Below, one piece after another: positions 1 through 9,560 of a stretch of 43,473 nt of DNA. This DNA is from a virus. Taxonomy: Duplodnaviria > Caudoviricetes. Position 1 is the first letter of the stretch, and every line of letters begins with the position of its first letter. The notes under the pieces were generated by a model. The model saw nothing but the letters and a program-made list of their open reading frames with translations. It was not told the origin of the DNA and did not search any database. The DNA lies in IMG/VR virus record IMGVR_UViG_3300021082_000012, positions 1 through 43,473 of that record; one strand, 5' to 3'. The translations under genes and the position numbers were made by a program.

Positions 1-25
1 ATGCGGAAAGCATTTGACGTGCTAT
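1..25. repeat. 25-bp terminal direct repeat (circular assembly overlap), left copy
   Basis: atgcggaaagcatttgacgtgctat at 1-25 is identical to 43449-43473, and a tail-fibre reading frame continues in frame across the join. Confidence 0.95.
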
Positions 26-860
26 CTGCACCGTTGACTTGTCCTGGCGCGGCGTGAAAAGCACCGGCACTCCAAGTATTAGCGGAGGGGGCGACATAAG
101 TGCTGCCAGCGCCCACACAGAACACCAGCATCAATCCAAGCGCGTTATTAGTCGCCCATGTGCCGGACGTATCGCCTGGGATAGTTATGACATTGTATTG
201 AGGAACATTCGATGCTGCTTGTGTGTAAGTAGCAGCGTAAGAACGGTTTGCTGGATTATTACGAGCAACCACACTGTAAAGCCCTGGTTTGAAATGATCT
301 GACCAGAATGCGATTGTGATTGGTCGCGCATTGGCTGTTCCCCACGCCAATCGAGCTATACGATAGCCTTCAATTGGATGAAGCATGGAAAGAACATCAC
401 CAGTTCCAAGTGATGCTTGCGCTGTCGAGAAAACAACAGAAAGCATATTGGAAAACCCTGGAAACAGACCGCTGGATGCACTTTGAACGGCAATAGGAAC
501 CATCGTGCCGTTCTTGCTGAGTTTCCAGCCATCAATCGCATAAGTAAAATCAGCGCCAGTTCCAGTCGTCCCAAGTTCTTGACTGATATCCATGCTGCCG
601 TTGATCTGCATGCCGCTGTAGCTCATCGCGTCGAACGGCGCGGCGTATTGCTTGGTCACAGCATGCAGCGCCGCAGTTGGATCGCCGCTCAACGTCAGCA
701 ATCCCGTCATGCTGTCGCCAGCGCGCCTGACGTAGGCCTGCGTATCTTGAATGACGACAAGCCAGGATGTGCCGTCCCACTTGTATTGCGGGATGCCTGG
801 GACAACTGGCACCGGGTAGAGGTCGCCGACTGTCGGGGCGCTGGGGAAGTTGATGCCCAT
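1..860 (-). CDS. Tail fibre / receptor-binding paralog 3, 5' part (continues at 43448-43091; missing from ORF track)
   Basis: Translated by hand: ATG at 860 overlaps the upstream TGA; MGINFPSAPTVGDLYPVP...YVRRAGDSMTGLL...FDAMSYSGMQINGSMDISQE...IEGYRIARLAWGT; open to position 1 and joins ...FRITGVVVLPGTQAPTAAQSP. Confidence 0.85.
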   Translation of the reverse strand, partial: MGINFPSAPTVGDLYPVPVVPGIPQYKWDGTSWLVVIQDTQAYVRRAGDSMTGLLTLSGDPTAALHAVTKQYAAPFDAMSYSGMQINGSMDISQELGTTGTGADFTYAIDGWKLSKNGTMVPIAVQSASSGLFPGFSNMLSVVFSTAQASLGTGDVLSMLHPIEGYRIARLAWGTANARPITIAFWSDHFKPGLYSVVARNNPANRSYAATYTQAASNVPQYNVITIPGDTSGTWATNNALGLMLVFCVGAGSTYVAPSANTWSAGAFHAAPGQVNGADSTSNAFR

Positions 861-2053
861 CAGAGCCTCGCGTCGAAAGATAGAAGTTGGTAATTACGGG
901 CGGTCTGGGACATTGATACACAATTAAAATCAATTGTTTGTACAGTGAACCCGGCTGCGCCACCTGTTATTGTCGGAGTTGTACGCATCGGCGTTAAGAA
1001 TGTGGTGGTTTGCATTGCTGGCGTAGTATCCACAATGATGCTTGATTTCCAATAGTACCGCTGACACGTCGCCAACTCCTGATCATATGGCCGCATGATC
1101 AAAGGCGACTGCGCGGCGGTCGGCGCTTGGGTGCCGGGGAGGACGGTGACGCCGGTTAGTGAAAAATAATTCCCGGCAGTAGCCATCAAGTTAGGCGTAA
1201 GGGGTGAGCATATCTCAAATATGATATTTGCACCGATACTGTTGTCGGTTTTCCATGTTCCGGTCGTAACAGCAGGGACTTGTACCGTCACCCACTGAAA
1301 AGCAGGACCACCAGCAAGAGTGAACGGTATGAATGCTGTCGCAGCAGAACCATCGAAGTTGAGAATTATCAGTTGATAAGAACCCGCTAAAGTTGCTCGC
1401 GCCCAAAATCCAACCGTCAACGGTTTCGCGCTAGCAGTTCCCCACGCCACACGCTGAAAACGATAACCTTCTATCATCTGTTGAAAGCGGACAAAGCTCG
1501 ACCCTATTGTTGGCTGCGCCGTGGTGCATTGCATTTGCAAACAGTTTTTAAGCCCAGGCACCTCTGTCGGTATCGGTGTGGTGGTAAAGTTAGCCGCGCC
1601 TGTGGTCAGGCTGTTACCTTGCCGCCAACCATCAAGCACAAACACTTGCGACTTATTAAGCGCAGTTCCTATTGCATACTCCTGACTGATATCCATGCTG
1701 CCGTTGATCTGCATGCCGCTATAGCTCATCGCGTCGAACGTCGCAGCCTCTGCCTTCAACGCAAACTGCGAAGTATCAATTGTCGATTGCCCGGCAGCCT
1801 GCACCCACTGCGGCGGTCCTGCTCCGTCGTTGTAGCGCAGATGCAGCGTCCCAGTGTCGCTCTCCCACCAAAACCAGTTGTCGCGTGGCGAAGCTGGTGG
1901 CGTGTCGCTGACAATGACGGAAGCTGGCATCACGTCAGCCTGCGTTGACGCCAGCCACGCCGTGCCGTCCCACTTGTATTGCGGAACACCCGGCACTGCC
2001 GGGACCGGGTAGAGGTCGTTGAGGGCTGGCGAGGCTGGGAAATTGATGCCCAT
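860..2053 (-). CDS. Tail fibre / receptor-binding paralog 2
   Basis: Shares GMQINGSMDISQE, IEGYR..R..WG, MRPYDQEL..CQRYY and terminal DARL with its neighbours; lies in the tail module. Confidence 0.75.
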   Translation of the reverse strand: MGINFPASPALNDLYPVPAVPGVPQYKWDGTAWLASTQADVMPASVIVSDTPPASPRDNWFWWESDTGTLHLRYNDGAGPPQWVQAAGQSTIDTSQFALKAEAATFDAMSYSGMQINGSMDISQEYAIGTALNKSQVFVLDGWRQGNSLTTGAANFTTTPIPTEVPGLKNCLQMQCTTAQPTIGSSFVRFQQMIEGYRFQRVAWGTASAKPLTVGFWARATLAGSYQLIILNFDGSAATAFIPFTLAGGPAFQWVTVQVPAVTTGTWKTDNSIGANIIFEICSPLTPNLMATAGNYFSLTGVTVLPGTQAPTAAQSPLIMRPYDQELATCQRYYWKSSIIVDTTPAMQTTTFLTPMRTTPTITGGAAGFTVQTIDFNCVSMSQTARNYQLLSFDARL

Positions 2054-3765
2054 TACGGCAGCCTCGCGTCGGCGGCATACTCTGCGTCAATTGCACCGCT
2101 GGGGTTAGTTATCTGACGAAATCCATCAGCTAATGAATATGACAATGGCTGCACCGTCGCACCGTTTGTTCCACCAGTGACCAGAGTGAGCGTTGGGGTT
2201 ATGCGCTTGGTTACCCGGTACCAAGACGTGTTGCCGTATGAACCACTGTCGATGATGTGGGTCATGCCAATTCTTTCATAATATCGTTGGCAGATCGCAA
2301 GCTCTTGGCCGTATGGACGCATCATCAACGGCTGCTGTGCAGCGGTTGGAGCGTAGATGCCGGGAATAACGACAAGCCCAGAAATACGGATAGCGTCAGA
2401 GGTTGCCGCACAGCAATTCACCTGACCTGGGGCGGCTTTGTAGTTGCCGGAAAGCCAAGCGTTCGCCGATGGTGCAGTATAGGTCGATCCGGCCATCGCG
2501 GTAAAATTGATAGTTATTCCTGTCGCAACAGTATTTTGTATCGATCCTGTCGTCAGGCCAGGAACGGTTATGACGTTGTACTGCCAGACGTTGGCGGCAG
2601 CATGCGTGTAGGGTGCCGCATAACTCAGCGTGGCATCCGGCTGCACAGAAATGCTGTACAGACCCGGCTTGGTGTGGCCGCTCCAGAACGCAATGGTAAT
2701 TGGTCTTGCTTGGCTGAAGCCCCACCCCAAACGGGCAATACGATAACCTTCTATTTGGTGATACAGGATACACAGGCTGCCCGCTGCCGGTGATGGCAGG
2801 CCTGTTGTTGTGTAAACATAAATGTAATTGGGAATGCCCGGCACTGCGCTGTGTGCGTCTTTGGCAGAGCTTATCCCCACACCTGTTTGAAAAGCTTGCC
2901 AGCCATCGGCGATATATCCGCCGCCAACAAGCGCCGTCGTCCCGCGCTCCTGGCTAACGTCTATGCCGCCGTTTATTTGCATGCCGTTCATCGCCATCGC
3001 ATCTAAGGGTGCGGCATAGGCAGTGATGGCGGCGTCAACGTAATCCTTCCGCACGGCATTAGAGGATGCTGGCGCTGTCGGCAATGACAGGTGGCCTGTC
3101 ATGGTATCGCCTGACCGCATGACGAAGCCAGACGTGTCGATGTTGGGGACGGCGACCGCCTCAACCCACTGCGCTGGGCCTACGCCGTCGTTGTAGCGGA
3201 CATACAATCTGCAAGTGTCGCTCTCCCACCAAAGCATGCCGTCAGTTGGCGAGGCCGGTGGCGTGTCGCTGACCGTCAGCCCGCCCCCGCCGCTGGCAGT
3301 CGAGGCTATCGTCAGCTTGTTGGTAGGGTCGTCGTAGGTCAGCGTGATGTTGGCACCGGCAGTCAGCAGGCTGGCGACACGGTCATCGACTGCCTCGGCG
3401 TCGAAGGCGGATGTCGAAGCTATTGTCAGCTTGTTGCCGGGGTCGTCGTAGACCAGCGAGATGTTGGTCCCAGCCACCAGCAGCCCAGCCACCGTGTCGC
3501 CAACTGTCTCAGGATCGACCACGCCGGGAATACCTTGCGGGCCGGGAATGCCTTGCGGTCCTGTCGGGCCTGTCTGGCCCGGCGGGCCTACTTGCCCAGG
3601 CGGCCCCGGCACCGTGCTGTCTGCGCCGGGCGGGCCGTCTACGCCCGGCGGTCCTACCGGACCCTGCGGCCCTACTGGACCCGGCTTTCCCTCCGGCCCC
3701 TGCAACGCGACATTGAACGCGCCGTTGAACGGAGGAATTTCACCGGGAGTTGTGGTGAACGGCAT
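2053..3765 (-). CDS. Collagen-repeat tail fibre paralog 1
   Basis: Gly-X-Y repeats near the N-terminus, duplicated LxAGxNIxLxYDD module, GDTMTGHL, same C-terminal domain as paralogs; start moved to ATG 3765 just after the adaptor stop. Confidence 0.75.
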   Translation of the reverse strand: MPFTTTPGEIPPFNGAFNVALQGPEGKPGPVGPQGPVGPPGVDGPPGADSTVPGPPGQVGPPGQTGPTGPQGIPGPQGIPGVVDPETVGDTVAGLLVAGTNISLVYDDPGNKLTIASTSAFDAEAVDDRVASLLTAGANITLTYDDPTNKLTIASTASGGGGLTVSDTPPASPTDGMLWWESDTCRLYVRYNDGVGPAQWVEAVAVPNIDTSGFVMRSGDTMTGHLSLPTAPASSNAVRKDYVDAAITAYAAPLDAMAMNGMQINGGIDVSQERGTTALVGGGYIADGWQAFQTGVGISSAKDAHSAVPGIPNYIYVYTTTGLPSPAAGSLCILYHQIEGYRIARLGWGFSQARPITIAFWSGHTKPGLYSISVQPDATLSYAAPYTHAAANVWQYNVITVPGLTTGSIQNTVATGITINFTAMAGSTYTAPSANAWLSGNYKAAPGQVNCCAATSDAIRISGLVVIPGIYAPTAAQQPLMMRPYGQELAICQRYYERIGMTHIIDSGSYGNTSWYRVTKRITPTLTLVTGGTNGATVQPLSYSLADGFRQITNPSGAIDAEYAADARLP

Positions 3766-3766
3766 G

Positions 3767-4504
3767 TCAGTAGCCCCACACGCCAAAGCCGGTGGGGCGA
3801 AGCGTCGGGCCGACAACGAGGATAGGCGCTGGGCTGTCGCGCCCCATCAGCGAGGCGAGAGCGTCGGCAAACGTGGACATATCCTCGGCGTATGGCGTTC
3901 CCTTTGAAGCTTTCCAATTCCAAATCATAGAAAGCTTCAGCAGCCGCTCGTCCAGCGTGAACGTGTCGGCGTCGTCCTTGAACGCATCGCCACGCCCGCC
4001 GCTGGCGAGGTCGATGCAGTTCTTGTCGAGGTACATGAACCGGGCGGCGGTGCCTACGCCCATCGCCGGGAAGATATGCATCTTGCCGCCAAGCAGCGTC
4101 CACTCGCCCCATGAGCCGGTCGAGCTGTTGATGCGGCGGCGCAGCCACTCGTCGGTGTCGGGGATGAAGCGCATCGGCTGGTGCGTGGACGTGGTCAGCC
4201 ACACATTCGATGTCAGCAGCATGCGCTTGTAGTTGGCGGGCAAGTTGAATGCCGTGGTGCCGGTCCAGACCGCCAATGGATCGGGCTGCGGCGGCACCCA
4301 CACGGCATCGCCATCCAGTTGCGCGTAGGCGCGCAGCTTCGTCCAATCGCGATGGTCGTAGGCGATGCGCTGGGCCTGCTCATTGGCCAGCGCCAGCATC
4401 TCTTGCATCGACCGATTGGCGGCGATGTTTGAGAACACTGAGTTGGGATACGTCACCCCAACATTCGCACAAACATCTTGGACAACGGTCAGCAGGCTCA
4501 TCAA
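3767..4504 (-). CDS. Head-tail adaptor (P22 gp4 / tubular protein A-like)
   Basis: 245 aa, MSLLTVVQDVC N-terminus and W.WK..KG..YAED C-terminal motif; located after the capsid genes. Confidence 0.6.
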   Translation of the reverse strand: MMSLLTVVQDVCANVGVTYPNSVFSNIAANRSMQEMLALANEQAQRIAYDHRDWTKLRAYAQLDGDAVWVPPQPDPLAVWTGTTAFNLPANYKRMLLTSNVWLTTSTHQPMRFIPDTDEWLRRRINSSTGSWGEWTLLGGKMHIFPAMGVGTAARFMYLDKNCIDLASGGRGDAFKDDADTFTLDERLLKLSMIWNWKASKGTPYAEDMSTFADALASLMGRDSPAPILVVGPTLRPTGFGVWGY

Positions 4505-5223
4505 GCCGCCCTTTTCTGTGCCTCTGCTGCCATCCGCACCAGCACCTTGCGCGTCATCGAGCCGTGCGGTGCGTGGCCGGTCGCCGTGGTGATGAACTCG
4601 CGAAGCTGGTCGAGGTCCATGTTCTCGAATTGCCGCTCGGCCTCGGTCTGCACCGGCTCAGGCATCGTCTGCTTCAGCAGCTTGGTGTCTTCTTCCAGCA
4701 CCATGTTGCGCGCCCGCAGCGCCTCCAGCTCGGCCTGCATCTCCATGCTGGGGGCGTTCTGCTTGCTGCTCTCGATGAACTCCTGCGCCTTGTTCTTCAG
4801 GTCGCGGCCATACGATCCCAGGTTTTTCAGCTCCTGGCCGTCGATCACGGCGAGCGCCTCGACTGTGTAGATGTTGAGGGCGCGCAGCTCGGCGCGCTTG
4901 CCCTCGGTCAGGAACGGCACGAACTGCAACGGCGTCCCGGCCTTGGTCTGGTGCGTCTGCTCCTTGAACTGGCGGAACTGCCGGGGAAAACGCTCGGCGT
5001 AGGTCACCGGCACTTGCTCGCCGCTCTCCGGGTCGATGCTCCAGTGCGAGACGGCAGTGGCGGGGAAGGTGGACATGGCGCGTGACCCGGCGAAGCGGAT
5101 GTCGCACACCTCAACGTCGTCGCAGATCAGGCGGCCAGCCTTGTCGGTCAGAGATTTATTCGGCAGCGCGTGGTGGCGAAAGGTTGCGACCACGGCGGCA
5201 TCGGCATCGCGTACTTGGTACAT
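4501..5223 (-). CDS. Conserved phage structural-region protein, unknown function
   Basis: 240 aa ORF with GGAG RBS immediately downstream of the capsid gene; HhH-like LRALNIYTVEALA segment. Confidence 0.6.
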   Translation of the reverse strand: MYQVRDADAAVVATFRHHALPNKSLTDKAGRLICDDVEVCDIRFAGSRAMSTFPATAVSHWSIDPESGEQVPVTYAERFPRQFRQFKEQTHQTKAGTPLQFVPFLTEGKRAELRALNIYTVEALAVIDGQELKNLGSYGRDLKNKAQEFIESSKQNAPSMEMQAELEALRARNMVLEEDTKLLKQTMPEPVQTEAERQFENMDLDQLREFITTATGHAPHGSMTRKVLVRMAAEAQKRAA

Positions 5224-5250
5224 ATTTGCTCCCGTTGTTTACTAAATTCA

Positions 5251-5317
5251 GAACCGCCGCCCCATCCGCAGTCTTGGGGGACTTACCGTGTTAGGGATTA
5301 GGTCAGGGCGGCGGCTC
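5251..5317 (-). terminator. Stem-loop downstream of major capsid gene
   Basis: gagccgccgccc ... gggcggcggttc arms (minus strand) in the intergenic gap; weak U-tail. Confidence 0.4.
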
Positions 5318-5335
5318 CTTTACTCGGCGGTCGCG

Positions 5336-6355
5336 TCACGCCGCCGGGTTGCTGTCGTACAGTCGCCAGTTGAACATCGGGTTCGTCATCGTCAGCTCGC
5401 CCATCCAGCCAATGAACTGAGCGATGGCGTCCTTATCGATGGGCATCTGGCCGTCGCCGTCGAAAATCTTGTCGAAGTTCCGGCTGGGGTGATACCTGAT
5501 CTTCAGCGACGAGGTGTCGATGCCGAACGTAGTGTTCGCTGGCATGTTGCTGCCAATGCCGCCGTCGAGAACGATCTCGGCGCGCTTGCCGCCACCGATA
5601 TACTCCAGCGAGCTGAAGCCCAGCTTGCCCATCGATGTCTCGTTGGTCTGGCGCTGAATAACAATCGATGCAGCGTCATAGGCGGCGTAGTGTTCCGGCG
5701 ACATGATGATCAAGTCGGCGTGGTCGCGGCCACGCGATTGCTTGTTCATGATGGTGTTCAGCATCGGCCTGATCGTGGTCGAGTTGACCTGGGTGCTGCC
5801 CGCCAAGAATGAGTTGGCGTCGTAGCTCTTGGTCTGCCAGATCACGGCAGTGGCGCGGTCGAGGCCGCCGTAGATGCCGCTGTTGGTGATGATGGGAAGA
5901 GCTGTCGCCAATCCCGTCAGCGCCTTGCCGCCGTTGGCGGTGCCGTCGCCGTACAAGGCGGCGTCCATCGTGTCTTCCAGCGAACGCTCGGCAGCTCCGA
6001 TATAGCTGTCGTAAACATCCATGAGCTGATTTTCGCCCTGGTTGTTCAGGATTTCCTGCATCGACAGGATGACCGGGACGACCACCATCTTGGGATCGAA
6101 ATACGCATCGTTGAACAAGTCGATGGCCGGGTTCAGGAGCTGATCGTAGCCGCTGTACCATTGCGCGACTTGCTTACCGATTTGCAGCGTCTGGCGAATG
6201 CGCGGGCCAGAGTAGGTTTGCCACGCGCCTTTGCGGCGAAGCACTGCGAGCAGTGCGTTGTTGTTGCTGACGAGGTCTTGATAGCTCGATGACCGCTCTT
6301 CAAGCGCCATCGACAATATCTGCTGATAGGCAGCAGCCGTCGTGATATTGGGCAT
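5336..6355 (-). CDS. Major capsid protein
   Basis: 339 aa, N-terminal DLVSNNNALL, D..LYGDGT..GG..LTGL motif; follows scaffold; strong GGAGG RBS. Confidence 0.85.
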   Translation of the reverse strand: MPNITTAAAYQQILSMALEERSSSYQDLVSNNNALLAVLRRKGAWQTYSGPRIRQTLQIGKQVAQWYSGYDQLLNPAIDLFNDAYFDPKMVVVPVILSMQEILNNQGENQLMDVYDSYIGAAERSLEDTMDAALYGDGTANGGKALTGLATALPIITNSGIYGGLDRATAVIWQTKSYDANSFLAGSTQVNSTTIRPMLNTIMNKQSRGRDHADLIIMSPEHYAAYDAASIVIQRQTNETSMGKLGFSSLEYIGGGKRAEIVLDGGIGSNMPANTTFGIDTSSLKIRYHPSRNFDKIFDGDGQMPIDKDAIAQFIGWMGELTMTNPMFNWRLYDSNPAA

Positions 6356-6374
6356 TGGCCCCTCCGGTTAAATG

Positions 6375-7625
6375 TTACAGACCACCGTTGACGCGCTTGA
6401 TCGCGTTGCCGATTGCATCGCGTAAAGCTACGGGCTTGCCATCTCGCTTGCGCTCACCTGTCCCGTTTGAGGGGCCGCTAGGTGCGCCTGAGATAGACTT
6501 GTCCGCTGTCCGGGTCTGAGCCGGTTGGGTGCGGGTCTGAGCCGCGTGGGTCGGGTAAAGCTTGTCCGCTCGGTCGTAGGCTTCCTCTAACGAGAAGCCC
6601 AAGTTGATCTCGCGGTGGATCGCTGCCCCTAGTTCATCGAACCTTGGGTGAGCGTCGGCAAAACTATCGACCTCACTGCGGGTATAGGTGAACTGTTGCT
6701 GAGTATGCATCTGGGTCAGGGCCTGTTTCAAGCCCTGAACCTCCTGATGCAGCGCCCCAATTTGGTGCGAGGCCGCCTGCTGCTGGTTGCCCTGCTGTAT
6801 CTGCTTGAGCTGTTCCGGTGACTGCGACAGGACGTGATACGCCACGTCGCGCAGCGTGATCGGCTGACCGTCTGCGGTCTTCAGGCCCAGGTTGTTGACG
6901 ATTACGTCCAGCCCGCCGACAGGATCGCTGCGGAGCTTCTGCTCCATCGAGACATAGTTGGTCAGCGCCCGGTTGAGCGTGGTACCGTGCTGCGTGGCCA
7001 TCTGGTGAAATGGCCGGATGCTTTCCATCGTCTCGTAGTCGGCCTTGTAGTGCCGGTGCATGCCGTCAGTCTCTTGCGCCAGCCGGTGGAACTCGCCACG
7101 CACCCGTTCCGGGGTGGCGGCCCATTCGCCACGGGCATGCTCGGCCATGCGCTGCGGCGGGTCGCGGTACGGCGCATGTTCTGGAAGCTGCGGCCCAGGC
7201 TTTTGACCCGGTTGACCTACTTGACCTGTTTGACCCGGCTGCTCCTCTTGACTTGGCGCTCGCGCCACGAACCGCCCGCCCTCACGCGGCTGCTCGCCCT
7301 TGGGCGGGGCCTTCTTCAGGTTCAGCTCTTCCTGCTTTGTCTCTTCCGGCGGCTGGTTGTGGCCACGGCCTGGAGGCTCACGCTCGGCGGCAGGCTTTTT
7401 GGCCTGCTGCTTTTCCCGGTCTTCCTTGGCTTTTGCCGGGTTGCTGGCCCGCTCAAACGCCTTCTGGATGGCGTCCCGGCGGTCGCCAGGGGGCTTGTCG
7501 GGGGCTTGGTTGCCTAGCGGCGGCGGCGGCAGCGTCGGGCTGGGATTTACGACCGCTTCATTCGAGGCAGGCTGCGGCGCTGCCGGTGCCGGTGTGGCAT
7601 CGGGCGCTACTGTCACGTCACTCAT
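6375..7625 (-). CDS. Capsid scaffolding protein
   Basis: Low-complexity Pro/Gln/Lys N-terminus, helical core, FADAHPRFDEL and SLEEAYDRA motifs, directly upstream of capsid gene. Confidence 0.7.
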   Translation of the reverse strand: MSDVTVAPDATPAPAAPQPASNEAVVNPSPTLPPPPLGNQAPDKPPGDRRDAIQKAFERASNPAKAKEDREKQQAKKPAAEREPPGRGHNQPPEETKQEELNLKKAPPKGEQPREGGRFVARAPSQEEQPGQTGQVGQPGQKPGPQLPEHAPYRDPPQRMAEHARGEWAATPERVRGEFHRLAQETDGMHRHYKADYETMESIRPFHQMATQHGTTLNRALTNYVSMEQKLRSDPVGGLDVIVNNLGLKTADGQPITLRDVAYHVLSQSPEQLKQIQQGNQQQAASHQIGALHQEVQGLKQALTQMHTQQQFTYTRSEVDSFADAHPRFDELGAAIHREINLGFSLEEAYDRADKLYPTHAAQTRTQPAQTRTADKSISGAPSGPSNGTGERKRDGKPVALRDAIGNAIKRVNGGL

Positions 7626-7634
7626 AGCAGGCTC

Positions 7635-7946
7635 CTATCGGCTACCGGCTCCTGCCCGGTAGCGTTCAACAGCCCTCCGCAGCGCGTGACGGCGCTCTCG
7701 CTTTGTCTCTGGCTTGTCGGTGGATCGCGTGGTGGGCTTCAATTTCTCGTTACCCACCTCGGTCAGGCCGTTGGCCCGGCCTACTGCTCGAAAGCGTGAC
7801 TTGGACGTGTAGAACCGGCCATCGACCTGTTCGACGGCTGGCATCTCGTCGCTGATGACATGCGGACACGGCAGCTCGCTTCGCGCAGGAGCTGTCTGCT
7901 CGCGCACAAAACGAAACCGCCCCGGCTCGATCTCAATCAGACGCAT
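7635..7946 (-). CDS. Small head-module protein
   Basis: 103 aa, VISDEM...DGRFYTSKS.FR....A.G..EVGNE pattern; sits upstream of scaffold. Confidence 0.6.
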   Translation of the reverse strand: MRLIEIEPGRFRFVREQTAPARSELPCPHVISDEMPAVEQVDGRFYTSKSRFRAVGRANGLTEVGNEKLKPTTRSTDKPETKRERRHALRRAVERYRAGAGSR

Positions 7947-7960
7947 CTGTCCCCCAATTA

Positions 7961-8008
7961 CAGGACGCGGCGCTGGCGAAACCCCTGCTAGGGCAACGCC
8001 GCGTCCTG
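7961..8008. terminator. Intergenic inverted repeat
   Basis: caggacgcggcg (7961-7972) / cgccgcgtcctg (7997-8008), perfect 12-bp arms; no U-tract. Confidence 0.4.
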
Positions 8009-8016
8009 GCCGTCTA

Positions 8017-8811
8017 CTACCGCTTGCCCTTCTTAGCCTTGGCTTTCACGCCCTTGCCCTTGCGCTTGTCCTGCTTAGCAGGCGCTTTGCGCGTTGCCGG
8101 ATTGGCGTGGAAGGTGAAATCAACCTCGTTCGATGTCTTGTCGCCGTTCTTGACCGACACCTTCACCGTGTCCGCGCCCTGCCATAGGCTCATGTCAATG
8201 CCAGTCGAGAGCGAGCCGTCGTCCTCAAGGTCTGTCGGCTCGTCCTGCCCGGCAAACACAATCACGCTGTCTTCGCCAAAGCCGGTGCCGTGGACGAAGA
8301 TATCGAAATCCTCGTCGCCGATAGTGCATTCGTCCGGGTCCACGGCAGTGACGACCGGCGTCTTGTCCTCGCCGCCTTGGATCGGCTGGCCGCTGGCGTC
8401 CATGTTGCTGCCCAGCGTCGAACCGGCAGGCTCATTGACGCTGGTGACAGAACCCGTACCGGCGAGCGGCGGTGTGCCGGTCGTCTGTTGCTTTGGCTGC
8501 TCCGGTGCTTTCGGCACCGCAGCTCCAGCCCTGCCTTCCATGCCCAGGCTCTTGGGATCGACAATGCCCATGCCGCGTTCGCCGCCCTTGGGCGAGCTGG
8601 GAATGTTGGGGTTGACGTTGTCGCGGGTGATCTGGCCGTGCGCCGTCTCAGGCGGCAGCCGGTCTTCCGGCTTGGTGCGCTCGATGAAATCGAACGGTCG
8701 CTCGTCACCCAGCAGCTTGTTGCGCTCGGTTTCTTCGCGGTCCTTCGCCACGATCTTCGCACCTTCGTGATCGTAGTTGTGGTTCTTCTCCTGCTCCTGC
8801 TTCGTCGTCAT
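8017..8811 (-). CDS. IPT/TIG (Ig-like) domain protein with basic tail
   Basis: PVVTAVDPD...VHGTGFGEDSVIVFAG...VKVSVKNGDKTSNEVDFTF; start at ATG 8811 overlapping the upstream stop. Confidence 0.7.
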   Translation of the reverse strand: MTTKQEQEKNHNYDHEGAKIVAKDREETERNKLLGDERPFDFIERTKPEDRLPPETAHGQITRDNVNPNIPSSPKGGERGMGIVDPKSLGMEGRAGAAVPKAPEQPKQQTTGTPPLAGTGSVTSVNEPAGSTLGSNMDASGQPIQGGEDKTPVVTAVDPDECTIGDEDFDIFVHGTGFGEDSVIVFAGQDEPTDLEDDGSLSTGIDMSLWQGADTVKVSVKNGDKTSNEVDFTFHANPATRKAPAKQDKRKGKGVKAKAKKGKR

Positions 8812-9560
8812 GTGAACGTCCATGTCTGGGCGGCAGTGGTCACCACGCCGCCGGTTACGACCGTAACCGGCCACGGGCCAGCGGACGTTTTCTTCGTCAC
8901 AGTGGGCGCAGTCAGCGAGGTCGCGGAATTGAACGTCGTCGTCTGAGGAACGCCGTTCACCCAGATAACACTCTGCTTGGTGAAATTGGTTCCGGTCGCG
9001 CCGACAGTAGTTGTGCCGACACCCGACACCGAATTGCCCGGCGAGATGCTGGTGAGCGTCGTTGGGTTGGCTGGCGACAGCGACGAAGCATGTGTGGCGT
9101 TGGGACCGGCCTCGCGGGTCGCCACGGTCGCCACCGGGCCAACGCCGACAGAGACGGTAGGACACTGAGCCACTGATCCCGGTGCCGTAGCGACGGCCTC
9201 GGTGCCTGCGCCTTCGTGCGCCACGCTGGTCGAGGCCGGGACTGCACCCAGGAAGTTGATGGGCGGCGGGCTGCCGCTGCCGCTGCCGGGATAGCTGTTC
9301 TCGGTGCCGCCTGCGGTTGCACCAGAGCCGACACCCTGCGACAGCGCCGCCGTGTTAGCGGCAAACGCCGTCAGCGCGCCAGCCGTGCCGTCATCGATAA
9401 ACGGGTTATTGGCCGGGGTGTTGATGGTCGTGTTGTCGTACCAGTCCGTATAGAGGTTTTTACTGTAATTGGGCGGGTTAGGCCCGGTTGCGCCGGTAAA
9501 CGACATGTTCGTCGGCGGCGTTGGGTTAGGCGGCGTCACTGTCAATGCGGATTGGGCCAT
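8808..9560 (-). CDS. Thr/Ala/Pro-rich protein with C-terminal IPT/TIG domain (possible head decoration)
   Basis: LTSISPG...ATGTNFTKQSVIWVNG..QTTTFNSATSLTA...WTFT; CAACAGGAG RBS. Confidence 0.7.
   Translation of the reverse strand: MAQSALTVTPPNPTPPTNMSFTGATGPNPPNYSKNLYTDWYDNTTINTPANNPFIDDGTAGALTAFAANTAALSQGVGSGATAGGTENSYPGSGSGSPPPINFLGAVPASTSVAHEGAGTEAVATAPGSVAQCPTVSVGVGPVATVATREAGPNATHASSLSPANPTTLTSISPGNSVSGVGTTTVGATGTNFTKQSVIWVNGVPQTTTFNSATSLTAPTVTKKTSAGPWPVTVVTGGVVTTAAQTWTFT

Noticed and set aside
1-25. Biological direct terminal repeat
   Set aside because: Only 25 bp and mid-gene; better explained as assembler overlap
1-3765. Diversity-generating retroelement targeting tail fibres
   Set aside because: No reverse transcriptase seen; repeats are coding anchors and their mismatches are not confined to adenines
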